A stretch of 63,000 nucleotides of DNA from Candidatus Limnocylindria bacterium (GCA_038200085.1 JBBPYG010000022.1:1-63000); one strand, 5' to 3'; positions 17,741 to 27,023 are shown, numbered from the stretch's first letter. Program-made: numbers and translations. The notes: generated from the sequence alone by a model not told the origin.

Positions 17741-17967
17741 TGGACCGCTCCGACCGGCGATCGGCCGGGCCGCCGTCGCAGCCGAGGCGACCGCGAGGGC
17801 GCTGCGCGGCCAGCGGTCGGGACGCGCTGCCACTCATGGTCGCCGTCTGCGCCACCGCGGCAGTGCGCCCAACGGCGGTCGAATATCGTGATCTCGCGTC
17901 CTGTCGGGACGAGCGGAGGCAGGTGATCCAAGCGAACGCACTCGAACTCGATCAGATCGCCGAACAT
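17737..17967 (-). CDS. Hypothetical protein (76 aa; alternative TTG start at 18009), second gene of the HIRAN cassette
   Basis: MFGDLIEFECVRLDHLPPLVPTGREITIFDRRWAHC. It begins 5-47 nt after the HIRAN stop. The C-terminal third is Arg/Pro-rich and less convincing. Confidence 0.4.
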   Translation of the reverse strand: MFGDLIEFECVRLDHLPPLVPTGREITIFDRRWAHCRGGADGDHEWQRVPTAGRAAPSRSPRLRRRPGRSPVGAVQ

Positions 17968-18013
17968 GCCGTCTGCTTCACGCCGTTCTGCTTGGAACGT
18001 CGCTGACAAGATC

Positions 18014-18508
18014 TCAGCTCGCCGACACCGTTTGAGTGGCTCGGCTGCTTCTTGGGCGCTTGTCGCGCCAGGGACGCGCGATCGTGGTCACCGTGCGGAC
18101 CGGGCCTGCGGCCGCCTCGAGGGCCGAAAGACACTCGTCAGGCGTTCCGAGGTCGAGCACGATGGAAAATATCGGGCCACTGCGGCCCTCGAGTCGGGGG
18201 GCGTCGAGTCGGCCGCCTTCGACGATCCTTGCGGCGCACCGCACCTCGCACCCGAGCTTGCGGATGCGCTCGGCCACCGCGCGGAACTCGATCGCGGTGC
18301 CGCGGTCGAGGTGCCCGACATGGACGCTGTCGATGACGATACAGACGGCGTTGCGGTCGTACGGGTTGTTGAGATCAGGGACGAGGACCGCCCGCCGGAC
18401 CATCGGCCCGTCGCGAGCGAGTCCCTCCAGCCCTTCCAGGTAGAAGGATTCGCCTGCCACCTCAGTATCCCGACCGCCTGGAAGATCGCGGGGTGTGGAA
18501 CTCTGCAT
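18014..18508 (-). CDS. HIRAN-domain protein
   Basis: VAGESFYLEGL...AVLVPDLNNPYDRNAVCIVIDSVHVGHLDRGTAIEF matches the bacterial HIRAN signature (VxGxxxY...ePdNpyDpnAv.V...vGyl.r). Strong RBS AAGGAGAA 5 nt before the ATG. Confidence 0.8.
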   Translation of the reverse strand: MQSSTPRDLPGGRDTEVAGESFYLEGLEGLARDGPMVRRAVLVPDLNNPYDRNAVCIVIDSVHVGHLDRGTAIEFRAVAERIRKLGCEVRCAARIVEGGRLDAPRLEGRSGPIFSIVLDLGTPDECLSALEAAAGPVRTVTTIARPWRDKRPRSSRATQTVSAS

Positions 18509-18641
18509 TCGGATTCTCCTTACGCGATGGCGCGCGCCGCTGCGCTGCGCGGCTGTGAAGTGCCAGGCCCAGCTCTCACAGGTCCGGACCTACGGCCGCG
18601 ACTTATGCACCCGAGAGCTAGGAGGCTTACAGTGCGGCCAA

Positions 18642-18875
18642 CTAAGGCCGGGCGGGCTTAGTCGGTCTACCCACCACTAATCCCGTCCGAGCCTTAGCTC
18701 CAAGATGCCGGGTCCGGTGAATGGCCCGGGTCTCCGCGGTAACTTCGCACCCGTCACGGTCGCAGACCCAAAGCATTCGGCCATCGATCTCGCGAATCGT
18801 CCACGAGTGCTCGCCGTGGAGCCTTGCGCGCTTCCAGACGCCATCGGGGACGGGCGTGACGGAGCGAAGAATCAT
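18642..18875 (-). CDS. Hypothetical protein (77 aa)
   Basis: ATG 18875 preceded by GAGGGGG. SWTIREIDGRMLWVCDRDGCEV. Has its own predicted promoter. Confidence 0.45.
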   Translation of the reverse strand: MILRSVTPVPDGVWKRARLHGEHSWTIREIDGRMLWVCDRDGCEVTAETRAIHRTRHLGAKARTGLVVGRPTKPARP

Positions 18876-18932
18876 CGAGGCTACCCCCTCGAGGTTCGGA
18901 GCTCGGCTCGTAACCGAGTCGCACCTTGGTTG

Positions 18933-18960
18933 AACGTAGACCTGGCAAGGAGAATGTCAA
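18933..18960 (-). promoter_or_regulatory. Predicted promoter TTGACA-16 nt-TACGTT (minus strand)
   Basis: Plus-strand tgtcaa at 18955-18960 and aacgta at 18933-18938. Confidence 0.35.
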
Positions 18961-19264
18961 GCAATCGAACACACGAACGGTGACTCTACAAAGACGGCGT
19001 CGGAGCGGCCTAGGAGAAGCGCTCGGCCACCGCCCTGACTCCTTCGTCACAGCAGACCGCTCGGTCGCGGGAGAGTGGAGACTCGCCGACGGTTGTCACG
19101 TCGGCGGCCCTTCGTTCCGGTGTCATAGCACCTCGGTCGCACCGACCGGCTGCAAGCTCGCGCCGATATCTCTCGTGATGGAGGCGGACGCGGCCGCGCC
19201 GCCCGCGGTAGACCATAGCGGGGTGTTATCCGCGCGATGCGACCGGATCGCGCCCTTTTCGTTC

Positions 19265-19278
19265 CGAACATTTGTTCG
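19265..19278. promoter_or_regulatory. LexA (SOS) box CGAACATTTGTTCG
   Basis: Perfect palindromic match to the Gram-positive/actinobacterial Cheo-type box CGAAC-N4-GTTCG. Located 49 nt upstream of the ubiX ATG, at the edge of the HIRAN islet. Confidence 0.65.
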
Positions 19279-19326
19279 CTAGGAAAGGCACACGCTTATG
19301 CGGAATGCTAGGGTCGTCGGCCTGCG

Positions 19327-19917
19327 ATGGCTGGGTTGAGCGCGAAGCCCATCATCGTCGGGATCACCGGGGCATCCGGCGCGATCTACGGGATACGCGT
19401 CCTGGAAGTCCTTCGTGGGCATGAAGGGCTCGAGACCCACCTCATCGTGAGCTCCGGGGCGAAGCAGACGATCCGCTACGAGACCTCGCGCACGCTCGAG
19501 GACGTCCTCGCCCTCGCCGACGTGGTCCACGACGAGCGCGACCTCGCGGCGAAGCCCTCCAGCGGCTCGTTCCGGACGGTGGGCATGATCGTGGCCCCCT
19601 GCAGCATCCGCACGATGGCCGCCGTCGCCAACTCGCTCACCGACAACCTGATCACGCGCGCCGCAGACGTGCACCTCAAGGAGCGCCGGAGGCTGGTCCT
19701 CATCGTCCGCGAAACGCCGTTGCACGCCGGCCATCTCAAGCAGCTGTATGAGCTCTCGCTCTACGGCGCCGTGATCCTCCCGCCCGTGCCGGCCTTCTAC
19801 CATCTCCCCAAGACGATCGAGGACATCGTCGACCAGACCGTGGGCAAAGCGCTCGACCAGCTCGGCATCGAGCACGATCTCTTCCGCCGCTGGTCCGGTC
19901 CCCCGAAACAGGATTAG
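19327..19917 (+). CDS. ubiX: Flavin prenyltransferase UbiX (prFMN synthase)
   Basis: IIVGITGASGAIYG...MIVAPCSIRTMAAVANSLTDNLITRAADV.LKERR.LVL..RETPL. Confidence 0.95.
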   Translation: MAGLSAKPIIVGITGASGAIYGIRVLEVLRGHEGLETHLIVSSGAKQTIRYETSRTLEDVLALADVVHDERDLAAKPSSGSFRTVGMIVAPCSIRTMAAVANSLTDNLITRAADVHLKERRRLVLIVRETPLHAGHLKQLYELSLYGAVILPPVPAFYHLPKTIEDIVDQTVGKALDQLGIEHDLFRRWSGPPKQD

Positions 19918-20384
19918 TGGCGGCGACGCCGGAGCTTCCGGAGACCCTTCGGGGACTCCTCGACGGCACCGATCTCGCGGCGAAGGCGGGGGAGACCTTC
20001 CTCCTGTCCACGATCTCCGAAGAGGGCTGGCCGCATCTCGCCCTGCTGAGCGTCGGAGAGGTGTATGCGCCCGGGTCGCGGGAGATCCGCCTCGCACTCT
20101 GGCCGGACAGCACCATCACGGGGAACCTCACCCGCAACGGCCGGGCCAGCCTGACGCTGGTCAGCGGCGGTGCCGCGTACCACGTGCGCCTCGCTTCCAC
20201 GCGCGGGCCCGATCTCGTCCTGCGCCCGGTCCCGCTTGCGGGGTTCGCCGCGACCGTGTGCGCCATCCGGGTGGACGCCGTCGGCTACGCCGAGCTGACC
20301 AGCGGGGTCCGCTTCCGTCTGCGCGACCCCGGCCCGGTGCTGGAGCGCTGGGCGGCGACGGTAGCTGCGCTCCGTACAGGCTAG
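19917..20384 (+). CDS. Pyridoxamine 5'-phosphate oxidase-like FMN-binding split-barrel protein
   Basis: 155 aa. FLLSTISEEGWPHLALLSVGEV pattern. GTG start overlaps the ubiX TAG by 1 nt. Confidence 0.65.
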   Translation: MAATPELPETLRGLLDGTDLAAKAGETFLLSTISEEGWPHLALLSVGEVYAPGSREIRLALWPDSTITGNLTRNGRASLTLVSGGAAYHVRLASTRGPDLVLRPVPLAGFAATVCAIRVDAVGYAELTSGVRFRLRDPGPVLERWAATVAALRTG

Positions 20385-20425
20385 TATGCGAGGTACTACA
20401 TAGCAGACGCCGAGGAGGGGACGCG

Positions 20426-21088
20426 ATGGCCAGTGCCCGGAAGGTCCAAGAGGCGAGCCCTGAGCCCATCACCAAAGACATCGTCAGGGAGGGCGAGAAG
20501 CCCTCCTTCATCCCGTATCCGAAGATCGGCGACAAGCTCGAGCACGTGCCGATCCACGTGCGCCCCGACCTTCTCTACTACGTCTCGCGAATGGGGTTCC
20601 TGCCGTACACGATCAAGCTCTACATGCACGTCCCCTGGATCGCGGAGTTCCTCTTCAAGCTGAACAACGCGGTCATGCGCGACGAAAGGAACGGTCTCTC
20701 CGAGCACTTGAAGTACCGGCTCTCGATGGTCGCAAGCCGCGACAACGAGTGCACCTACTGCACCGCGCATCACGCGCTCACGTTCAAGAGGCGCTGGTCG
20801 TACAGCGACACCGATATCGAGCACCTGCTGAAGATGGACCAGCCGGGCGACGAGCGTGAGGCCGTGGGGATGGAGTTCGTCCACCAGGCCAGCCTCGACG
20901 CTGCCGGCGTCACCGACGACCTACGGCAGCGCCTGGCGAAGCACTTCACGCCGCAGGAGTGCATGGAGATCGTCCTCGTTGCGGGCTTCTGGAAGATGTA
21001 CAACACCATGCACACGGCGATGGGGATCCCGCTCGAGGACCCGGTCGAGCCCGATGCGCACTGGGTCGGGGTTGATCCTTCGCAGTGA
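20426..21088 (+). CDS. Carboxymuconolactone decarboxylase (AhpD-like) family protein
   Basis: RDNECTYCTAHH CxxC motif on an all-helical protein. ATG 20426 preceded by GAGGAGGGG. Confidence 0.8.
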   Translation: MASARKVQEASPEPITKDIVREGEKPSFIPYPKIGDKLEHVPIHVRPDLLYYVSRMGFLPYTIKLYMHVPWIAEFLFKLNNAVMRDERNGLSEHLKYRLSMVASRDNECTYCTAHHALTFKRRWSYSDTDIEHLLKMDQPGDEREAVGMEFVHQASLDAAGVTDDLRQRLAKHFTPQECMEIVLVAGFWKMYNTMHTAMGIPLEDPVEPDAHWVGVDPSQ

Positions 21089-22350
21089 TCGCGCATCGCG
21101 ACAATGGACATTCGGGGAAGGCTTTCGTGCGTGAGCTACCGCGTCGCTTCGTGCCCTTCGTCGCGTTTGCGCTTGTCTTCGCGGCCTGCCAGAGCGGCGG
21201 CACCGCTGGTCCCGCGGCGACCACTGGCCAGGCGGTGTCCACGGCGACGGCCGCCCCCGCGCCCAAGGCGGCGGTCAAGCTTGGCGTCCTCATCGATCTC
21301 TCGGGCCGGTTCATCTCGTTCGGCAAGGACATCCGCGAATCGACCGCGCTCGCCGCCGAGGAGATCAACAAGGCGGGCGGCGTGAACGGGTCGAAGATCG
21401 AGTTCGTCGTCATTGACTCGGCGGGCGATCCGGAGAAGGCCGTCGTCGGATATCGCGAGCTGAGCGACAAAGGCGTCTTCGCGGTCCTCGGACCGATCTC
21501 TTCGGGTGAGGCCGAGGTCGCTTACGCGCAGGCGTCGCGCCTCGAGACGCCGATCCTAACCGGTACCGCGAACAAGGAAGGCATCACAGAGATCGGCAAG
21601 GGCTGGGCCTTCCGCGACACCGCGTCGAACACCGACCTCTACAAGGTGGCACTGCTGGCTTGGGCGAAGAAGTACAGCGTGAAGACCGCGGTCCTCGTAT
21701 TCGACGCCCAGGAGCCGGTCAGCTCGGCCGCCGCGAAGACGGCCGTTCCAGCGGTCGCGAAGGCTGTCGGGATCACGATCGTGAACAACGATGCGCCGAT
21801 CACCTTCAACCGCGGCCAGACGGACTTCACGAGCGTGGTCCAGCGGATCAAGGGCACGCCGGCAGATGGCCTGATCATCGTGACCGCCCCCGCGGAGGCG
21901 GGCCTCATCGCGCGGGAGCTCGCGCGCCAGGGCGAGACCCGTCCGATCGTCGGCCACCCCGCGCAGAACTCGAGCACCTTCTACGAGCAGGGCGGCGTCC
22001 AGATCAACAAGTGGGTCCTGCCCTCGATCTTCGACCCTGACCGGAACGACCCGGCGGTGAAGTCGTACGTCGCCGAGATGAAGCAGCGTGACAAGGAGCC
22101 CCCCACGGTGCCTGAAGCGGCAAACTATTACGACATCGTGAAGATGGTCGCGAAGGTCCTGACCGACGCGAAGATCGACGGCGGTACCGACGTGAAGAGA
22201 GCGCGCGCCGATCTGAAGAACGGGCTCTTTGCGCTCAAGGACTACCCGGGTATCGGCGGGAAGATCACCTTCACCGCGACCGGGGACGCCGACAAGACCG
22301 TGTACTTGTTCGTCGTCAACGGAGGCAAGATCGAGGCGCTCGGCAACTAG
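21085..22350 (+). CDS. Liv-type ABC transporter substrate-binding lipoprotein (Peripla_BP_6)
   Basis: Signal peptide plus lipobox FVAFALVFAAC. KLGVLIDLSG...INKAGGVNGSKIEFVVIDSAGDPEKAV. GTGA overlap with the upstream gene. Confidence 0.85.
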   Translation: MIAHRDNGHSGKAFVRELPRRFVPFVAFALVFAACQSGGTAGPAATTGQAVSTATAAPAPKAAVKLGVLIDLSGRFISFGKDIRESTALAAEEINKAGGVNGSKIEFVVIDSAGDPEKAVVGYRELSDKGVFAVLGPISSGEAEVAYAQASRLETPILTGTANKEGITEIGKGWAFRDTASNTDLYKVALLAWAKKYSVKTAVLVFDAQEPVSSAAAKTAVPAVAKAVGITIVNNDAPITFNRGQTDFTSVVQRIKGTPADGLIIVTAPAEAGLIARELARQGETRPIVGHPAQNSSTFYEQGGVQINKWVLPSIFDPDRNDPAVKSYVAEMKQRDKEPPTVPEAANYYDIVKMVAKVLTDAKIDGGTDVKRARADLKNGLFALKDYPGIGGKITFTATGDADKTVYLFVVNGGKIEALGN

Positions 22351-22368
22351 CAGCCGACGCAGGTCGAG

Positions 22369-23238
22369 ATGACGGAGATCGCGCAGACCCTGCTGAATGG
22401 GCTGCTGCTGGGGGCGAACTACGCCCTTTTGGCCCTCAGCTACACGCTGGTCTTCGGCGTGCTCCGCCTGCTCACCCTCGCGCACGGCCAGATCTTCATG
22501 GCCGCCGGGTTGGTCGCGCTCGTCGCGGCCGATCGGCAGGGACAGCCGCTCATCGTCACCGGGCTCGTCGCGATCGTCGTCGGAGCGTCGCTCGGCGTGG
22601 CCACCGATCTCCTGGCCTTCCGCCCGGTCGGGCTCGGGCGACCGATCGCGGCGGCGGTCGCGACCATCGGCTTCGCGCTGGTCATCGAGAACACCGCCCT
22701 CCAGCTCCGCGGCTCCTCGACCGCGGTCGGGCTGCGTGAGCCGCTGCCGGCGCCGGACCTCGTGCTCGGGCCTTTCCTGTTGTCGACGGTCCAGCTGTTC
22801 ATCCTGGCCATCGCCGCCGTCGTGATGGTCGGGACGAACGCCTTTGTCGACCGGAGCCGCTGGGGCATGGCCATGCGCGCGCTCGCCGAATCGCCCCGGC
22901 TGCTTCCACTCCTGGGCATCCCGGTGGGACGGATCACCGTCCTCACACTCGCGATCTCGGGCGCCCTGGCGGGCCTCGCCTCGTTCCTTGTCGCGCTGCG
23001 AAACGGATCCGTGAGCCCGCTCGCGGGCACCGACATCGGTCTCGTCGGCTTGGCGATCATGACGATCGGCGGCCTCGGAAGTCTTCCCGGCGCGATGGTC
23101 GCCGGCATCGGTCTCGGGATCGTGGAGGCGTTCGCCAGCTCGATCGGCGTGGGCACGTTCCAGTCGGCTATCCCGTGGCTCCTGCTCGTCCTGATCCTCC
23201 TCGTGCGCCCGCACGGGATCCTCGGGAAGCCGGAGTGA
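22369..23238 (+). CDS. Branched-chain-type ABC transporter permease (LivH family)
   Basis: LLNGLLLGANYALLALSYTLVFGVLRLLTLAHGQIFM, polytopic, 289 aa. Confidence 0.9.
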   Translation: MTEIAQTLLNGLLLGANYALLALSYTLVFGVLRLLTLAHGQIFMAAGLVALVAADRQGQPLIVTGLVAIVVGASLGVATDLLAFRPVGLGRPIAAAVATIGFALVIENTALQLRGSSTAVGLREPLPAPDLVLGPFLLSTVQLFILAIAAVVMVGTNAFVDRSRWGMAMRALAESPRLLPLLGIPVGRITVLTLAISGALAGLASFLVALRNGSVSPLAGTDIGLVGLAIMTIGGLGSLPGAMVAGIGLGIVEAFASSIGVGTFQSAIPWLLLVLILLVRPHGILGKPE

Positions 23239-24887
23239 TCGACGTCTTCCAGAACGACGCGTTCCGCTTCTTCCTACTTTTCAACATGCTCGTCGCGCTC
23301 GGCATGTATGTCGTGTACTCGACCGGCCAGCTGTCGCTCGGACAAGCGGGCTTCGCCGCGGTCGGCGCGTACGCGGGTAGCTACGTCGACGTGAAGCTCG
23401 GCTGGCCGCTCGTGCCCGTGCTGCTCGCTGCGGCAGCAGCCGCGGCGCTGGTGGCGATTCCCGTCGCGTTCGGCGCGAACCGGGTCCGCGGACTCTACCT
23501 CCTCATGGGCACGCTCGCGGTCACCGAGGTCGTGCGCGTCTCGCTGTCCAACCTCGACGCGGTCGGCGGCATCCAGGGCATCCACGGCATGGAGCCCTCC
23601 GGCGTGCTCGAGATGGCCGTGGTCCTCGCGCTGGCGATCGTCGGCGTCGCGTGGCTCATGTCGAGCCCTCTGGGACTGGAGATGCGCGCGATCTTCGATG
23701 ACGAGGATGCCGCCGCAGCGGCAGGCGTGAGCACACGCACGGTCAAGATCATCGCGGTCGTCGCGGGCGCCGCGCTGACCGGGATCGCAGGCGCGCTCTT
23801 CGCGCGGTACCTCTCGTTCATCCGACCCGACCTGTTCGGCATCGGCCTCTCGTTCTCGATCGCCCTCTACGTCCTGATCGGCGGCGTGCACTCCCTCGCC
23901 GGACCACTGGTCGGTGCGTTCCTGATCACCTACTTGCTCGAGGTGCTCAACCGCATGCAGCAGTTCGGCCTTCCGCCGGTGCTGGACTTCGCGTCGCCCT
24001 GGCGCTTCGCGATCTATGGCGGCCTGGTCATGGCCGTCATGGCTGTGCGTCCCGAGGGTCTGCTGACGCGCGGCGCGGTGCGCTCGCTCCAGGCACCGCT
24101 CCGCCGGAGGCTACGCCGGCTGCGCACGTCGGCTCACGCGGCGGCCATTCCGGCGCGGCGCTGGACAGCCGGGGAGGGCTCCGCGCTCGAGGTCGTCGGC
24201 GTCGGTCACCGGTTCGGCGGGCTGGTCGCGCTCGAGGACGTTGCGTTCACGATCCGACCCGCCGAGATCGTCGCGCTGCTGGGGGCGAACGGAGCGGGAA
24301 AGACGACGCTGATCAACGTGGTCGCGGGACGCCTGCCACTCCAACGCGGCAGTCTCCGGCTTGCCCGCACTTCGCTCGGGCGGTTGCCCGCGCACCGGCG
24401 GACGCGCCTTGGGGTCAGCCGCACCTTCCAGTCGGTGCGCGTGTTCGGCCACCTCACCGTTGGCGAGAACGTCCGCCTCGGCCTGCGCGCGGCCCGAGAT
24501 CGGGCGCGCCTCCCGCTGGAGTGGCTCATCGAGCTCGCCGGCGCGCCGCCGGAGGCGCTCGCCCGCGACCTCACGCTCGTGGGGCAGCGGCGGGTGGAGA
24601 TCGCGCGGGCGGTCGCCTCGTCACCGCTCGTGCTGCTGCTCGATGAGCCGTCCGCCGGGATGAACGAGCGCGAGCGAGGCGAGCTCGCGCAGCTCATCCG
24701 CGCGCTCCGGGACCTCGGCATCGCGGTGGTGCTCGTCGACCACAACGTCGATCTCGCGCTGGGCATCGCGGACCGGATCGTCGTCCTCGACTTCGGCCTC
24801 GTCATAGCCGAGGGTGTCCCCGATGCGATCCGGCGCGATGAGCGCGTTCGCGCCGCCTACCTCGGGACAATGGGGCGGTCCGCGTGA
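23235..24887 (+). CDS. Fused LivM-type permease and LivG-type ATPase
   Basis: The N-terminal roughly 300 aa are polytopic (QLSLGQAGFAAVGAYAGSY). The C-terminal half has Walker A GANGAGKTT, signature, and Walker B LLLDEPSAGMN. One frame, with a GTGA overlap to livH. Confidence 0.85.
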   Translation: MIDVFQNDAFRFFLLFNMLVALGMYVVYSTGQLSLGQAGFAAVGAYAGSYVDVKLGWPLVPVLLAAAAAAALVAIPVAFGANRVRGLYLLMGTLAVTEVVRVSLSNLDAVGGIQGIHGMEPSGVLEMAVVLALAIVGVAWLMSSPLGLEMRAIFDDEDAAAAAGVSTRTVKIIAVVAGAALTGIAGALFARYLSFIRPDLFGIGLSFSIALYVLIGGVHSLAGPLVGAFLITYLLEVLNRMQQFGLPPVLDFASPWRFAIYGGLVMAVMAVRPEGLLTRGAVRSLQAPLRRRLRRLRTSAHAAAIPARRWTAGEGSALEVVGVGHRFGGLVALEDVAFTIRPAEIVALLGANGAGKTTLINVVAGRLPLQRGSLRLARTSLGRLPAHRRTRLGVSRTFQSVRVFGHLTVGENVRLGLRAARDRARLPLEWLIELAGAPPEALARDLTLVGQRRVEIARAVASSPLVLLLDEPSAGMNERERGELAQLIRALRDLGIAVVLVDHNVDLALGIADRIVVLDFGLVIAEGVPDAIRRDERVRAAYLGTMGRSA

Positions 24888-25594
24888 GTCTCGAGGTGCA
24901 GGGTCTCATCGTCCGCTACGGCCGCCTGGTCGCGGTCCGTGGCGTCTCGCTCACGATCGCGTCGGGTGAGACACACGTCATCCTCGGACGCAACGGCGCG
25001 GGGAAGTCCTCCGTCCTCGGCGCGATCGCCGGTCTGGCGCGTCCAGCCGAGGGACGGGTCCGTTGGCACGGCGAGGACATCACGGCGTGGCCGGCCCACC
25101 GCCGCGTGGCCGCGGGCATCGCGCTCGTTCCCGAGGGGCGCGGCGTGTTCGTGACGCTCACCGTCGCCGAGAATCTCCGCCTTGGCGGATTCGGCCTCCC
25201 TGCGGCGACACGTCGCGAGCGTGTCGACGAGGCGCTCGCGCTCTTTCCGTTCCTGCGCGGGCGGCTCGCGGCTCCCGCGGGCACGCTCTCCGGCGGTCAG
25301 CAGCAGATGCTCGGGGTGGCACGTGCGCTCATCGGACAGCCACGCCTGCTGGTCCTCGACGAGCCGTCGCTCGGGCTCGCGCCGGTGGTCGTCGACGAGT
25401 TCTACGGTCAGCTCGCGCGGCTGCGTGAGCGCGGCGTGACCATTCTGCTCGTCGAGCAGCATGTCGAGCGCGCGCTACGGCTCGCCGACGTCGCGCACGT
25501 CCTGAACCTCGGCGAGCTCGTCGTGAGCGGTCCGCCAGACGATGTGTCCCGCGATCCACGCCTGGAGATCGCGTACCTGGGGGTGAAGCCATGA
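24884..25594 (+). CDS. LivF-type ABC transporter ATP-binding protein
   Basis: GRNGAGKSS, LSGGQQQML, LLVLDEPSLGLAP. Confidence 0.9.
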   Translation: MSLEVQGLIVRYGRLVAVRGVSLTIASGETHVILGRNGAGKSSVLGAIAGLARPAEGRVRWHGEDITAWPAHRRVAAGIALVPEGRGVFVTLTVAENLRLGGFGLPAATRRERVDEALALFPFLRGRLAAPAGTLSGGQQQMLGVARALIGQPRLLVLDEPSLGLAPVVVDEFYGQLARLRERGVTILLVEQHVERALRLADVAHVLNLGELVVSGPPDDVSRDPRLEIAYLGVKP

Positions 25595-26256
25595 ACTTCC
25601 GCCTCGAGCCGGACGGCCGAGAGCTTGAGTTCAGTCCGGAGGTCGTGATCATCGCCGGGTACACCGGCCGCGATCAGAATGCGGTGAAGGCGCATATCCG
25701 CGAGCTGGAGGAGCAGGGCGTGCAGCCGCCGCCATCGGTGCCGGCGTACTTCGTCGTTCCCGCGGAGCTCCTCACCCAGGCTGACGTGCTCGAGACGCCA
25801 TCGCCACGCTCGTCCGGCGAAGCCGAGTTCGCGCTCCTTATGGACGGGGACACCGGCTACGTGACGATCGCGTCCGACCATACCGACCGCGCCGCCGAGC
25901 AGCTCGACGTCCAGCTGTCCAAGCAGGCCTGCCCGAAAGTCCTCGGCCGGTCGGCCTGGCGCCTCGATGATGTCGTGGAGCGCTGGGATCGCCTGGTGCT
26001 GCGCGGCTGGACCGGCGATGGGCCGCTCGACCTGTATCAGGAGGGCGAGCTCGCGGCGCTCCTGCCACCTCGCCTTCTCCTCGAGATGCTCCCCTGGCGG
26101 CGGCGCGCGGCACGCTTCGTCGTCCTCGGCGGGACGCTACCGGCGATCGGGGGCCTGCGCGTAGCCGCGCGCTTCCGTGCCGAGATCGCCGATCCGACGA
26201 CCGGGCGTGCGCTGTCCCTCGAATACTGCGTCGAGGTCCTCGAGCCGCTCGCGTGA
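25591..26256 (+). CDS. DUF2848-like protein
   Basis: IAGYTGRD..AV.AHIRELEEQGV.PP.SVP.YF, SGEAEF, SDHTDR and SKQACPK blocks, as recalled for DUF2848. ATGA overlap with livF. Confidence 0.6.
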   Translation: MNFRLEPDGRELEFSPEVVIIAGYTGRDQNAVKAHIRELEEQGVQPPPSVPAYFVVPAELLTQADVLETPSPRSSGEAEFALLMDGDTGYVTIASDHTDRAAEQLDVQLSKQACPKVLGRSAWRLDDVVERWDRLVLRGWTGDGPLDLYQEGELAALLPPRLLLEMLPWRRRAARFVVLGGTLPAIGGLRVAARFRAEIADPTTGRALSLEYCVEVLEPLA

Positions 26257-26281
26257 TCGCGCCGGACCGACGCCTCGGCGC

Positions 26282-26998
26282 TCAGCGCCGCCGGGCTGGT
26301 CTCGGCGTCCTTGCGGCGACCGAGTGCGGTGTCACCCCGGCGGCGTCGGCCGTCTGCGCGGTGTGATTGCGGACCGCCTCGACCGCGCGGTCGGCGTCGC
26401 CGGCGGCGATGCGCTCGAGCACCTCGCGGTGCTCGGCGAGGACGGCGCGCACGCGCTGCGGCCGGCTGATCGCGAGCGAGCCGGAGAGCCACATGATCCC
26501 GCGAAGCGTCTTGAGGAGCTCGCTGGTGCGCTCGAGGCCGAGGAGTGTCGGCATCGCGAGGTGGAACTCCTCGTCCGTCTCGAGGAAGGCGTTCGAATCT
26601 CCCACAAGCGTGGCCTGACGGTCGAGGATCTTACGGAGCGAGCGCACGTCGCCGGGGCTCGCCTCGGACGCGAGGCGCCGCACGACGTAAGACTCGATGA
26701 GGCCGCGGAGCTCGAAGACCTCGCGCATCTGCGCCTCGGAGATCGTGCGCAGCCGGAAGCCGCGCTGCGGAACGATCTCGATGATCCCCTCGCGCGAAAG
26801 CTCGATGAGCGCCTCGCGCACGGGCGTGCGCGAGATATGCAGCTCCTCGGCGATCTGGACCTCGGAGTAGAAGGTGCCCGCGCCGAGCACGCCGGTCCGG
26901 ATGGACGTGCGGAGAGCGGCATAGGCCCGCCGCGCGAGCGTCTCTGAGCGGGCGATCGAGACCAGGCGCGGGCGCATCATCTTCAAGACAGGCGGCAT
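26282..26998 (-). CDS. GntR-family (FadR/FCD subfamily) transcriptional regulator
   Basis: EVQIAEELHISRTPVREALIELSREGIIEIVPQRGFRL winged HTH plus an all-helical FCD-like C-domain. Confidence 0.9.
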   Translation of the reverse strand: MPPVLKMMRPRLVSIARSETLARRAYAALRTSIRTGVLGAGTFYSEVQIAEELHISRTPVREALIELSREGIIEIVPQRGFRLRTISEAQMREVFELRGLIESYVVRRLASEASPGDVRSLRKILDRQATLVGDSNAFLETDEEFHLAMPTLLGLERTSELLKTLRGIMWLSGSLAISRPQRVRAVLAEHREVLERIAAGDADRAVEAVRNHTAQTADAAGVTPHSVAARTPRPARRR

Positions 26999-27023
26999 CT
27001 CGATGGGGCACAGCCTACCCGAA

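Noticed and set aside
17755-19250. Short matches to the tRNA-Asp 3' half (accggcgatc near 17761; cgaccggat near 19236) as possible att repeats
   Set aside because: The matches are only 9-10 nt in very GC-rich DNA, which is compatible with chance. No integrase is nearby.
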